Shown: in pieces, positions 35,926-46,170 of the stretch
Layout of the letters: each line of letters starts with the position of its first letter
Position numbering within the stretch: position 1 is the first letter of the stretch
Source of the DNA: Chlorobiota bacterium
Lineage (GTDB): Bacteria > Bacteroidota > Ignavibacteria > Kapaibacteriales > UBA2268
NCBI GenBank assembly: GCA_046290495.1
Contig: JBKAGT010000006.1
Span: 50,056-114,055, forward strand
Length of the DNA stretch: 64,000 nt
Direction: 5' to 3'
Position numbers and translations under genes: made by a program
The notes under the pieces: generated by a model
The model's input: only the letters and a program-made list of their open reading frames with translations
What the model was told of the DNA's origin: nothing
The model's database searches: none

Positions 35926-38900
35926 ATGAAACAATCGTTTACTAAATTGGCATTTATGCTACTTTTAGCTTTAACTATGGCACTTCCAAGCACTTTGTTT
36001 AGTGGTGTAGATGAAGCTGAAATGACTGAAAAGCTACCTGCTTTACTTGGTCAAGACAATATGGGGCGTGAATTTTGGTTCGCGATTCCACCAGTATATG
36101 AAGAAGTAGCTGGTGATAACTTCGTTAGAGTCTTAGTGACAAGTGATGTAGAGACAGATGTTGTCATTCAAGTAGAAGGTAAAGGGGTTTATAAGAAAAA
36201 AACTACAATCCCAAATAGTGTAATTGACTTTGAATTGAATCCTGCACAAGCACAACCGATTCCACATAGATTGGGTACTCATATTTCACCACCAGCAAAA
36301 ATATATAAAGGTGCAGGTGTACAAGTATCAGCAGACCAACCAATCGTTGTTTATGTAGTAATCAAATACAAATATACTTCAGATGGTTTCCTAGCTCTTC
36401 CTGTTTCTGGATTAGGTGATAGATACATCAATATGGTTTACCAAGATCCAGCTTTGGGTGGTGCTAATAGCCACGCACCAGCATTCACTTGTGTTACGGG
36501 TGTTTATGACAATACTCAAGTCAATATGACTATGGGTGGTGGCCCTATGGGTAGTGATAAAATGAAGTTAGATGGTGGTAGAGAATTAGCAACTGGTGAC
36601 CAAACATCATTCTTCTTAGATAGAGGTGATGTATGGATGGGTGCTTCTAGTGGCCATTTTCAAGATATTTCTGGTTCATTGTTCGAAGGTACGAAGCCAT
36701 TCGCAATAGTTTCTGGTATGCACTGTGCTAACTTCCCGGTTGGGAATGCTTGGTGTGATTATACAGTAGAAATGGAATTACCAACTTATGCTTGGGGTAA
36801 ACAATACTATATTACTCCTATGGAAGGTAGAACTTATAATGGTATAATCAGAATTTATGCCGCAGAAGACAATACTACAATTTATAGAAATGGTCAAGTA
36901 ATGGGTTTACTTACTCATGGTGGTGGTAATACGATAGGTAAAGCTTATATGGAGATGAGAGTCTGGCCAAAACTTGATGACTTCGGCCAAGCAATAAGAC
37001 CAAAAATTGCTACTATCCATGCTGACAAACCAATTGCAGTGATGTATTATAATACTGGTACACAAGAAGATGTTGGTACTGCAGATAGTGATCCATTCCA
37101 ATTATTCTTTACTCCTATTGAGCAATTCCAAACGGAAATATTATTCCCTTCACCTAATGCATTAGGTGGGACAGATTTTTATACTAAGAATTATGTGAAC
37201 ATTGTTTATGAAATGCACGAGGATTTCATACCTCAAGATTTAATGTTTGCTAAAATGGAAGTTGGAAGAGATCCGGACTGGAAACCAGTTTCTCAAGTAG
37301 TGGCTGGTGCTCCTAGAGTATTTACTGAAAAATACCAAGGAAAGGAATTTGGTACTTCTACTCTATCCTTACCTACAGAAGGTGTGTTTTCACTAAGGTC
37401 AGACTCAACTAAATTTGTTGCGTATTCTTATGGGTTTGCTTCATACGAGTCTTACGGTTTCCCTACTTCTGCTGCACTTCGTGATTTATCTTCACCTGAC
37501 ACGAACGCTCCAGTTCCTAATTACGTTCAAGAATGTAATGGTGATGTACTAAAAGACATGGGTACAGTAACTGATATGCCAGAAGATGATGAAGTAAGAT
37601 CAAATATGGCAGATTTATACCTAATAGAAAACTTAAATGATAATTATGTACTAGACTATAGAATACCGGGAACTAACAATAAAGATTTCATTCCTGGTGA
37701 GCAAAGAACATTATCATGGTGGTTAACTGTAGTTGACAAAACTCAGCCTGCAAGAGCTACTATAGCTTTCTTAGATAGAGCTGGTAATGACACTACTATT
37801 ACGATTAGCTACGATCCACCTGAGTTTGAAGTAGTAAGCGGTAATGCATTTGGTGTTATGGCTGCTTCTGATGCTCCTGTGGTAATGCAAGATACAATAA
37901 GAAACTTATCTACTACAGTACCTCAGTATATAACTAAGGTTGAGTTGCAAGATGGTGGTCAAGGATTTAGTATAGCTAGTTTTGAACCTGCTGGTTGGAC
38001 GCCGCCAATGGAAATTGGTCCAGGTGAAGAAGTTATTGTAAATATAGAGTTTGATCCAGCGGCTGCTGCTGCTAGTGGAGAAAAAGCAATTTACATAGAC
38101 TCGCTTGGTGTAGGTTATGGAGATGAGGATTTCAATGAGTGTGGATTTGCTTACTTCACTGAACAATCTGGTTCTCTGGGAGTTCCAGTAATCGAAGTAA
38201 CTGATTGGGACTTCGGCACAAGAAATATAAACGAAGTAACTCCTGACACTAGAATTATGACTATAACCAACACTGGTGATGAGATGCTAAGAATTACAGG
38301 TATCTCACAAGATTTACCTGCTGGTTCTATGTTCACTCATAACTTCATGACTTTATTCCCTGATGTATCTGTTGATACACCTTTAGAAATTGCACCAGGT
38401 GACTTAGTAGAGTTTCAAGTAGGATTTATGCCTACAGCTGTTGGAACTTATGCTGAAAACATTGTATTTGATAATAATACTAAAGATGGTAATACTACAG
38501 ATCATATCTGTGAATTGAAAGGTGTTGGTACTGATGCCCCTGTTTCTGCTGATGGTTATGTATGGCAAGGTGTTTTAATTAATAGACCTGCTACATTCCC
38601 TGCTGGACCTTATGATGTTGATGTAGATAGTCAACATGATGGATTCATAGTAAAGAATCTTGGTGATGCTGATGGAGACATAGCGCAAGTTGTTTCTATA
38701 AATATTGTTAGCGAAACTCCAAATGCAAGAGAATACTTCAGAACGAAGAACGGTGACGAAAATATCGTTGACTTCTTAAATAATAGTATTAGAGGACTAA
38801 ACTTAGCTGGAGATGTTACTAGAGAAGAAGCTATAGTCTTTAATCCTACTGAAAAAGGTCTTCACAGAATTGAGTTTGAATTAGTATTCAATGAAGAAAC

Positions 38901-40521
38901 TGGTAATGCAACATTACCTGTAGTTTATGAAGGTATTGGTGAAGCACCAAATGTCGAGGTAACAAATGTAACATTTGCACCTATGTTAGTTAACGATGAA
39001 GCTAATGCTCAAACTACTGGTGTGATGACAATTACTAATACTGATGATGAATATGGTCATCCTCTGAATATAACTGGAATTTCATTCGATAATGCTATTG
39101 TTAGCGATGATATTGCTGATTTCCAAGGACTAACATTCAGATATGATGGTAATTTATATCAAGACTTAGTAGATGGTAATATTATTCTGAATAAAGGTCA
39201 AAGTTTAAACATCCCAGTACATTTCGTAGCAAGACAAGTAGGAAATAATTCTGTAGTTGCAACGATTGAGTCGAATGCATACGTAGATGGTCCTGATTAC
39301 GATAATGATTCTGATTGGAATGGTGTAGGTACAGATCTAATTGTAAATATTAGTTCTCCTTATACTCTATTATGTCTAAATGAAACTGAATTTATTAATA
39401 TTACATTATCAAATCCTGGAACTGATAACCCAGTAACCATAAATGAGTTATCATTATCTGATTATGATTTAGACGGAGACGGTGTTGATGACTTATTCAT
39501 TACTTCTCCAACAACTAACGTAACAGTACCAGTGAATGGTGATGTCAATGTAGTTGTAGAATACACTCCTACTGGTTTAATCAACAGACAGTTTGTAGAG
39601 CTTATTATCGATCATGATTATGGTAATAATTTGGCAATCAATGGTGCAGATGAAGCATTAGAAGTTGAATCAGAATTCTTCGTTGGTAATACTCAGACAA
39701 ATGTAACTGGTGCTAGCAGTAGTAATCCTACAAATCCTGATTATGATACAGAGTATATGGTGTCAATTGGCGATGAATTCGAATATCAAATTGGATTAAC
39801 TGGTAACGCATCAGGAACTGATGCACAGACAATTACTGTAAATATTAATTATAATAGTTTGTTTACATCACCTTTGATTGAAGAAGGTAACAATATGCCT
39901 AATATTACTAGTGAAGCTAGTGCAGAAGTACAACCGGGATCTTATTCCGTAGCTCCTGATGCGAACGGCCCTAAAGGTAGTATGGTTATGACATTTACTC
40001 TACAAAGCACAGATGGTAGTTCTATATTTGCTAACAATAATATAATTGCTAGTGTTCCATTCAGAGTTGTACTTCCTGCAGTAAATGAGGAAGGTGCTCT
40101 AGGTGAAATTGGACAAGATGACGATTCTTATGGAAGATTCGATATGAGTCATACTCTAACTGATTTACCAACTTGTTATGCACACACTGAAGACGATGTG
40201 TTATTAGCAATCGAAGAGATTTGTGTTGGTGATTACAGAGCACTTTATGTTAGTGACTTTAACTTCGGTGAACCAAATGTAACTCCTAACCCTGCAAGTT
40301 CTGCAGCGACTATAGAGTACACGGTGCCTTATGATATGCCTGGTGAGATTATATTGTATAACTCAGCTATGCAACAAGTTAAGACACTTTACAGTGGTGA
40401 GATGAAAGAAGGTGTTAGAACAGCTGATGTTCCTGTTAGTGAACTTTCAAATGGTACTTACTTCTTCACTGTTAAGATTGGTGAAAAACAACAAATGGGT
40501 AGAATAGTTATTGAGAAATAA
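35926..40521 (+). CDS. giant secreted surface/adhesin-like protein with IgGFc-binding-N-terminal-like domain and T9SS C-terminal sorting domain
   Basis: 1531 aa. Signal peptide. N-terminal region (..GREFWFAIPPVYEE..VLVTSDVETDVVIQV..) paralogous to the N-terminus of 56254..58617. Long beta-rich middle. C-terminus VTPNPASSAATIEYTVPYDMPGEIILYNSAMQQVKTLYSGEM...GTYFFTVKIGEKQQMGRIVIEK. Confidence 0.8.
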   Translation: MKQSFTKLAFMLLLALTMALPSTLFSGVDEAEMTEKLPALLGQDNMGREFWFAIPPVYEEVAGDNFVRVLVTSDVETDVVIQVEGKGVYKKKTTIPNSVIDFELNPAQAQPIPHRLGTHISPPAKIYKGAGVQVSADQPIVVYVVIKYKYTSDGFLALPVSGLGDRYINMVYQDPALGGANSHAPAFTCVTGVYDNTQVNMTMGGGPMGSDKMKLDGGRELATGDQTSFFLDRGDVWMGASSGHFQDISGSLFEGTKPFAIVSGMHCANFPVGNAWCDYTVEMELPTYAWGKQYYITPMEGRTYNGIIRIYAAEDNTTIYRNGQVMGLLTHGGGNTIGKAYMEMRVWPKLDDFGQAIRPKIATIHADKPIAVMYYNTGTQEDVGTADSDPFQLFFTPIEQFQTEILFPSPNALGGTDFYTKNYVNIVYEMHEDFIPQDLMFAKMEVGRDPDWKPVSQVVAGAPRVFTEKYQGKEFGTSTLSLPTEGVFSLRSDSTKFVAYSYGFASYESYGFPTSAALRDLSSPDTNAPVPNYVQECNGDVLKDMGTVTDMPEDDEVRSNMADLYLIENLNDNYVLDYRIPGTNNKDFIPGEQRTLSWWLTVVDKTQPARATIAFLDRAGNDTTITISYDPPEFEVVSGNAFGVMAASDAPVVMQDTIRNLSTTVPQYITKVELQDGGQGFSIASFEPAGWTPPMEIGPGEEVIVNIEFDPAAAAASGEKAIYIDSLGVGYGDEDFNECGFAYFTEQSGSLGVPVIEVTDWDFGTRNINEVTPDTRIMTITNTGDEMLRITGISQDLPAGSMFTHNFMTLFPDVSVDTPLEIAPGDLVEFQVGFMPTAVGTYAENIVFDNNTKDGNTTDHICELKGVGTDAPVSADGYVWQGVLINRPATFPAGPYDVDVDSQHDGFIVKNLGDADGDIAQVVSINIVSETPNAREYFRTKNGDENIVDFLNNSIRGLNLAGDVTREEAIVFNPTEKGLHRIEFELVFNEETGNATLPVVYEGIGEAPNVEVTNVTFAPMLVNDEANAQTTGVMTITNTDDEYGHPLNITGISFDNAIVSDDIADFQGLTFRYDGNLYQDLVDGNIILNKGQSLNIPVHFVARQVGNNSVVATIESNAYVDGPDYDNDSDWNGVGTDLIVNISSPYTLLCLNETEFINITLSNPGTDNPVTINELSLSDYDLDGDGVDDLFITSPTTNVTVPVNGDVNVVVEYTPTGLINRQFVELIIDHDYGNNLAINGADEALEVESEFFVGNTQTNVTGASSSNPTNPDYDTEYMVSIGDEFEYQIGLTGNASGTDAQTITVNINYNSLFTSPLIEEGNNMPNITSEASAEVQPGSYSVAPDANGPKGSMVMTFTLQSTDGSSIFANNNIIASVPFRVVLPAVNEEGALGEIGQDDDSYGRFDMSHTLTDLPTCYAHTEDDVLLAIEEICVGDYRALYVSDFNFGEPNVTPNPASSAATIEYTVPYDMPGEIILYNSAMQQVKTLYSGEMKEGVRTADVPVSELSNGTYFFTVKIGEKQQMGRIVIEK

Positions 40522-40550
40522 TAGCTAGCACTCAATATTAGAATTAACAA

Positions 40551-40579
40551 AGGTAGTCAGAAATGGCTACCTTTTTTTT
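40551..40579 (+). terminator. rho-independent terminator after the 1531-aa gene
   Basis: AGGTAG-N10-CTACCT followed by TTTTTTTT. Confidence 0.6.
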
Positions 40580-40848
40580 GTCTTATGATTAAGGTTTCCG
40601 AACTGCAGTGTAAGTCTATTAAGTATATCTACTTAGGAAATCATATCCACAGTGTGGCATCAGTTTCACAAATAGAAAAAAATTAAAATTTGTAGTGAAT
40701 AAAATGCGATCTTGTAAGTTGTTGTTGTGTAGTTATTTAAGCAGAATACCGATTTGTCATTGGTTCTCTGGCATTAAATTTCTATGTAACTAAATAAATA
40801 GAATAATGTATATAGAAGTAATATTAACAACTAACACAAGGAGATAGC

Positions 40849-41238
40849 ATGAAAAAATTAGCAATAGTTGCTATGGTAATAGCTCTCGGTATGATATCGA
40901 GTGTAAACAAGACTGAAGCTCAGTTCATTAACGTGGTGCTATCAATTACTGGAAATGTAGTTGATAAAGTTACAAATAACCCAATCGAAATGCGTGTAGA
41001 AGCATTCGATGATAATGGGAATAGAGTTTACTATGGCAGAACAAAATCAGAAAACGATGGATACTATTTTATAACTGGACTAAAGCCAGGTAAAGACTAT
41101 AAATTGAAATTAAGTGACAATAAAGATTATGAAGATTATGAGGAAGTGGTATCATTGCCTGATGTAGATAGCTATATGGAAATAGAAAAGAATATAGAAG
41201 TGGCTAGTGCTAATGAAACCGCTTCACCAGGAAAGTAA
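40849..41238 (+). CDS. small secreted protein with CarboxypepD_reg-like (transthyretin-fold) domain
   Basis: 129 aa. AGGAG RBS 7 nt upstream. Signal peptide. ..ITGNVVDKVTNNPIEMRVEAFDDNGNRVYYGRTKSENDGYYFITGLKPGKDYKLK. Confidence 0.6.
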   Translation: MKKLAIVAMVIALGMISSVNKTEAQFINVVLSITGNVVDKVTNNPIEMRVEAFDDNGNRVYYGRTKSENDGYYFITGLKPGKDYKLKLSDNKDYEDYEEVVSLPDVDSYMEIEKNIEVASANETASPGK

Positions 41239-41262
41239 GTTAGATAAATATAATACTAATAG

Positions 41263-41293
41263 AAAAGGGTCATTTATTATGACCCTTTTTTTT
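41263..41293 (+). terminator. strong rho-independent terminator
   Basis: AAAAGGGTCA-tttatta-TGACCCTTTT followed by TTTTTTTT. Confidence 0.75.
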
Positions 41294-41369
41294 ATTGTAA
41301 TATTCGTAACAATCTGCATTTTTAATAGTTTATAGGTAAACAAAAGCCATTTAAATTCTACTTAATACA

Positions 41370-43691
41370 ATGAAACAGTTAATAAAAGTCTTATTTCTAC
41401 TCTTTTCTGTTAGTTTCCTTTATTCTCAACCGGATAATTTTACCTCAAATTATGACAAGTATAATTGCTTTGCATTCGATGACGACAACTACTATGTGGG
41501 TCTAGTCAATGGCTTTGTAGTGCAAGATAGGGAAACGGGGGAATATAAATATTACTCTACACTCAACTCGGATATGAAAGGTAATAATGTGAGTGATATT
41601 GATGTGTATAAAGGTAAGGTGTATTTTACTTCTAATAGGGGTGTCTATAGTTACAGTAATAGCATTGTAGAAAGTCTGGGTTATGATTCTTTATTTTTTT
41701 CAGGCATACAAAAAGATGAAGAAGGTTACCTCTGGTTTTACAGTAATGATTTAATATTTGGTTTTGATGGCAGTTATTTCAAGTATTTCGACCTCTCATT
41801 ACATACGTCTAGGTATGCTGAATTAAATAAAATATATACTCATGAAGAGTATTTGTGGCTTTCTTTTAAAACTTATAATAATAAGTATTCTTATGTCTTG
41901 ATAAATGTAAATGAAGATACTCTAAAAGCATTTGAACCAGTGGAGATTGGATTTGAAGATAATTATACGAAACTTATTGCTTTTTCAAATGGAAAAGCTT
42001 GGCTCAAATCTACAAGCAACGAAGTTTTTAATTATACTTTTTCCTCAAGTGAATGGAGCGAAGAAAATACTAAGTTTATCACTCCTTATGGCTATCAAAT
42101 AGTACCATATATAATTACAAACCAAAAGGGGAAGATGTGGTTTATAATGTTCGATAAAGTTGGTGAAGGAGTACGGAAAGTAGCCACTTTTGAGAATGAT
42201 CAATATGTCGTTGAAACAAAATTTGAGGAGTTAGCTGCTAATAATGGCAAAACCTGGAATAGGTTATACAAATTTGATGACGAATTAATACTATCAACTG
42301 TATCGGGTGAGTATTACAGAATAGAAGATGAAATTCTTGAGTTAATTGCTGAAGCAGATACAAATGCTAAATTAACACAAGAAACTAATTTTTATAAAAA
42401 TGAGGATGAATTATTTAGATTAGCTAGAGTAACTAGAAACGAGACTTCTGCATTTGAAATTATTGATATAGAAAACAATAAAATAGACGAATTTAGAATT
42501 ACAAATAAGACTTATTTTCCATACCTTACATTAGGTAGTTACTATAAGATAGATGGAATGGAGTTTATTTCAAGGTATTATAACAATATATCCCGTGTCA
42601 ATAAAGATGGCATTTGGAATGGGGTTTCAACAATAGGTGTTGTAAATGATGATGGGGTCGTTGTTAAGAAAGATGTAAAGGGGGACTACTATTTTTACGA
42701 TGATTATCTATACAAATACAAAAATGGCAATGCTGAAAAGCTTTTCCGTTTTTCTCCTGAATATTTAAGAGGTATAGAAATTCATAATAACAACTCTTAT
42801 TTTTATTATTCCTATAAAATAGGTAATCATTATGTTGAGTTTAATCTAAATAGGAAGTTCGGAGTTAGGGTTGGGGCGTATGATCCAAAAGGAGAAAAGA
42901 TAAATGAAATATCTGATGAGGATGATTGCATAAACAATTGGTATGAGTATGGGAAATACTCAACATATTATTATGGGTCAGTACCTTCAGATATTAAAAT
43001 AGACAATAATAGTAATATATGGCTTTTAACATGGACTTCTCTCTATTATTTGGAAGAAAATAGCAACTGTACTTATTTTAAGTTTGAAAGTGATGAAGAT
43101 GATGAAGCAATAAAGCCAAACCAAATTGCTTATTCGAGATATCAAGGAAAGATGTATGGTAAAAGAGACAATTTGGTTTATAGCTTTAATGAAAGTGACT
43201 TTAAGACTGCTGACTCTAAAGATATGGTTGACGGGGAACTAAACTTTATCGGTGAATGTAACGATGGTTTGGTTTATGTAGCTACAACTGATGGTCGTCT
43301 GTTTAGACTAAATACTATAGATAGTTGGGAGAAAATACCCTTGGTAGAAGGGAAAGAAAGCATTCACGCTAATATTCGTAATGTATTTAGAAGTGAAGAT
43401 ACCCTGTATGTATCTACAGAAATTGGTTTAATCAAAGTTCATCAGAAGATTACATCGTTTGCAGAAGGAACGACTAAAGTTGACGATATTAATGTATATC
43501 CAAACCCTGTTGGAAGTGAGCTAACTGTAGTTGGCTATGAAGGCAAGGCCACGATTTTTAATTCTTATGGTACTGAAATTAAAAACATTGAGATTGATAA
43601 TAGCAATATTGACGTAAGTGGTTTAGTGCCTGGAATATATTTCATTTCAGATATTTATGGGAAGCAAATAGCTAAATTTGTTAAGGAATAG
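41370..43691 (+). CDS. secreted beta-propeller-repeat protein with T9SS C-terminal sorting domain
   Basis: 773 aa. Signal peptide. Reg_prop/Y_Y_Y-like repeats in the N-terminal region. C-terminus INVYPNPVGSELTVVGYEGKATIFNSYGTEIKNIEI...GLVPGIYFISDIYGKQIAKFVKE. Confidence 0.75.
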   Translation: MKQLIKVLFLLFSVSFLYSQPDNFTSNYDKYNCFAFDDDNYYVGLVNGFVVQDRETGEYKYYSTLNSDMKGNNVSDIDVYKGKVYFTSNRGVYSYSNSIVESLGYDSLFFSGIQKDEEGYLWFYSNDLIFGFDGSYFKYFDLSLHTSRYAELNKIYTHEEYLWLSFKTYNNKYSYVLINVNEDTLKAFEPVEIGFEDNYTKLIAFSNGKAWLKSTSNEVFNYTFSSSEWSEENTKFITPYGYQIVPYIITNQKGKMWFIMFDKVGEGVRKVATFENDQYVVETKFEELAANNGKTWNRLYKFDDELILSTVSGEYYRIEDEILELIAEADTNAKLTQETNFYKNEDELFRLARVTRNETSAFEIIDIENNKIDEFRITNKTYFPYLTLGSYYKIDGMEFISRYYNNISRVNKDGIWNGVSTIGVVNDDGVVVKKDVKGDYYFYDDYLYKYKNGNAEKLFRFSPEYLRGIEIHNNNSYFYYSYKIGNHYVEFNLNRKFGVRVGAYDPKGEKINEISDEDDCINNWYEYGKYSTYYYGSVPSDIKIDNNSNIWLLTWTSLYYLEENSNCTYFKFESDEDDEAIKPNQIAYSRYQGKMYGKRDNLVYSFNESDFKTADSKDMVDGELNFIGECNDGLVYVATTDGRLFRLNTIDSWEKIPLVEGKESIHANIRNVFRSEDTLYVSTEIGLIKVHQKITSFAEGTTKVDDINVYPNPVGSELTVVGYEGKATIFNSYGTEIKNIEIDNSNIDVSGLVPGIYFISDIYGKQIAKFVKE

Positions 43692-43707
43692 TACATTTTT
43701 AATAAAA

Positions 43708-46038
43708 CTACATCGACTTCAATCTTAGTCCTAAATATGTAGTACGTGGGAGTCCTGGACCATAAATGAAGTTGCTATCGCGATTTTTACTTATGTCAAA
43801 GTTCTCTTGGTAAGAGTTTAGAATGTTTTTCATACCTCCAAATATCTCCAGTCCAGTGCTAGTTTCATCCAGCTCGATAGTATAACCTACTCGCAAACCA
43901 ATATCATAAAACTCTGGACTAGTGAAGTATTGATCAAATTTTTGACCTGTGCCTTCTCCACCGAAGTGAGCGATTAGCATCGGACCAGTATAAGTTATAT
44001 TCGTACTCATTGTTAACATCTTACTTGGTGTGTAGCTCAATGTAGCATAACCATAATTGTTTGGTGTTCTGAGAAATTCTCTCCTCTTTTCAAGACCCTC
44101 TATTGTCTCTCTAGCATCATTGAACATACTACTCTGAATTGTAAAACCTGCTTCCATTTCAAACAGATAATCATAATTAGCTCTTCCTTCTACAGTAATT
44201 CCTTGAACAACTGCACCACTACCATTGCGTTTTTCAAACCTTTCTCCAAACTCATCTTCACCTAAAGGGAATAGAAAGAATGCATTACTTAGCTCAGTGT
44301 GAAATCCTTCGATTGTAAAGCCAGCTATATAATGTTCAGTGGCTTTATCATAGTTGATAGAAGCAGTGTAGCTATTCGAACGTTCTTCTTTCAGATTTTC
44401 ACTTAGTGAAATACGTGAAACTCCGCCACCTGCAAATGCAATATGCAGATCTGTATCGAACGCTTGAGGAGCTCTGAATCCAGTTCCCCAACCCAAACGG
44501 AATTGTGTGTTTTCCATCGGTTTGTATAGTAATGAAAGACGTGGACTAAAAATTGGATCCTCAACTAAGTTGTGCTTATCTAACCTAATACCTGCTAATA
44601 GATTTAGTTCAGAATATATATCCCAATCATGCTGAACGAATGCACCTAGGTCCGTAGTTGTCTGATCTATCAGATAATTGAAGGGTTCAATCTCATCATA
44701 AACATCATCGTAAACATATTCACTTCCGAATGTTAGCGTGGCATCACCACCAAAGAAATTCTCGAATCTGTTATTAAATTGAAATCCACCTTGGTGTGTT
44801 ATCACATCTGATATACCATAAGGTGGAGCTGCCAAGAAATTGTTTAATTCATTTTCATTATCTGGAATAATACCAGTATAGTGTGTTCTGTCTGTTTTTT
44901 GTCCACCATAGTAGATGGATAATGAATTCCTTTCTTCATTGAAATTGATTTGATAGTCCAATGAACCCATCAGTACATTGTGTGTTCGCTCTTCTGATTG
45001 CTGTGCTAAGTGTGCAGGACCATCTACTAGCTCACCTCCATATCTGTATTCGTATATGCTACTAAGACTAAATGATAGTTTTTGGTTATCACTTGGTAGG
45101 TAGAATAAGTTAGTACCAAATGAATTATCTCTTAATTCTGGTAACTCTGAAAAATTATCATCATTAATATCGTAAGCTTCTCTGTTCCTATTGTTTAAGA
45201 AAAATGATGCTCCTGCATTTCCAGTTTCGTTTATGAAAGAAGCATTCGCGGAAAGTATATTATCTGTTGCAGCTCCATATATAGACTGAAAAGTATTAGT
45301 CACGTTGTAGCTGTTCTCACTAGGTAGCTTTGTAATTATATTCACTGTTCCACCTATAGCACTAGATCCGTATAATGCTGAGACTCCACCCCTTACTACC
45401 TCTATTCTATCAATCATATTAGTAGGTATTTGCTCCAGTCCATAAAGCCCAGTAAGTGGGCTGAAAATTGGTCTGCTATTTACCAATATCTGTGAGTAAC
45501 CACCTTCCAAACCATTCATTCTTAGCTGTGTGTAGTTACATGTTTGGCAATTATTTTCGACTCTTAATCCAGACTGGAAATTTAGTCCCTCGCACAGATT
45601 AACTGCATTTACTTGCTCTAAGTGCTTGCTATCTATTATATCAACTATGACAGGAGAATCTGTTTTTCTTTTTGCCGTTCTGGTTCCAGTTACAACAACT
45701 TCATCAAAATTAATGTTCTCTTGGTTAAGGGTTATTGATATGTCAATCCCTATTTCTTTTTTTAAATCTAAGGTAAAAGTAGTATCGTTATATCCAACCG
45801 AGCTAATTCTAAGCTGATACTCACCTAATTCTAAGTTATCTATAACAAACAACCCTTTGTTGTTAGTATAAGTGCCTTTCTTGGTGTCTACAAGTGAAAC
45901 AGTAGCAGATATAACGGGTTCGCCATTGCTGTTAGAGACCTTACCTTTAATACTAGACGAACTAGCAGTAGAAACACTAAATATAAATATTAAAAGTAGT
46001 ATGTTTAGTTTTGTTAACATTTTATCGAGTTTTGTCAA
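43708..46038 (-). CDS. TonB-dependent receptor with N-terminal CarboxypepD_reg domain
   Basis: 776 aa. TTG start at 46038, with an alternative ATG at 46020. Plug and 22-strand barrel features. Terminal ..LGLRLKSM. No SusD-like partner downstream. Confidence 0.85.
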   Translation of the reverse strand: MTKLDKMLTKLNILLLIFIFSVSTASSSSIKGKVSNSNGEPVISATVSLVDTKKGTYTNNKGLFVIDNLELGEYQLRISSVGYNDTTFTLDLKKEIGIDISITLNQENINFDEVVVTGTRTAKRKTDSPVIVDIIDSKHLEQVNAVNLCEGLNFQSGLRVENNCQTCNYTQLRMNGLEGGYSQILVNSRPIFSPLTGLYGLEQIPTNMIDRIEVVRGGVSALYGSSAIGGTVNIITKLPSENSYNVTNTFQSIYGAATDNILSANASFINETGNAGASFFLNNRNREAYDINDDNFSELPELRDNSFGTNLFYLPSDNQKLSFSLSSIYEYRYGGELVDGPAHLAQQSEERTHNVLMGSLDYQINFNEERNSLSIYYGGQKTDRTHYTGIIPDNENELNNFLAAPPYGISDVITHQGGFQFNNRFENFFGGDATLTFGSEYVYDDVYDEIEPFNYLIDQTTTDLGAFVQHDWDIYSELNLLAGIRLDKHNLVEDPIFSPRLSLLYKPMENTQFRLGWGTGFRAPQAFDTDLHIAFAGGGVSRISLSENLKEERSNSYTASINYDKATEHYIAGFTIEGFHTELSNAFFLFPLGEDEFGERFEKRNGSGAVVQGITVEGRANYDYLFEMEAGFTIQSSMFNDARETIEGLEKRREFLRTPNNYGYATLSYTPSKMLTMSTNITYTGPMLIAHFGGEGTGQKFDQYFTSPEFYDIGLRVGYTIELDETSTGLEIFGGMKNILNSYQENFDISKNRDSNFIYGPGLPRTTYLGLRLKSM

Positions 46039-46122
46039 TTGTTATTATATGCAAACTATAATAATTATTAGAATCTAACAAAAAAAGTTAGTTATGGCTA
46101 ACAAGAATTTGAACATAAAAAA

Positions 46123-46150
46123 AGAGCAACTTTTTTGAAAGCTGCTCTCT
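46123..46150 (-). terminator. terminator after the alpha-oxoamine synthase gene
   Basis: AGAGCA...TGCTCT hairpin flanked by A/T runs on both sides. Confidence 0.5.
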
Positions 46151-46170
46151 AAAAAAAATTCTAATTTAGA

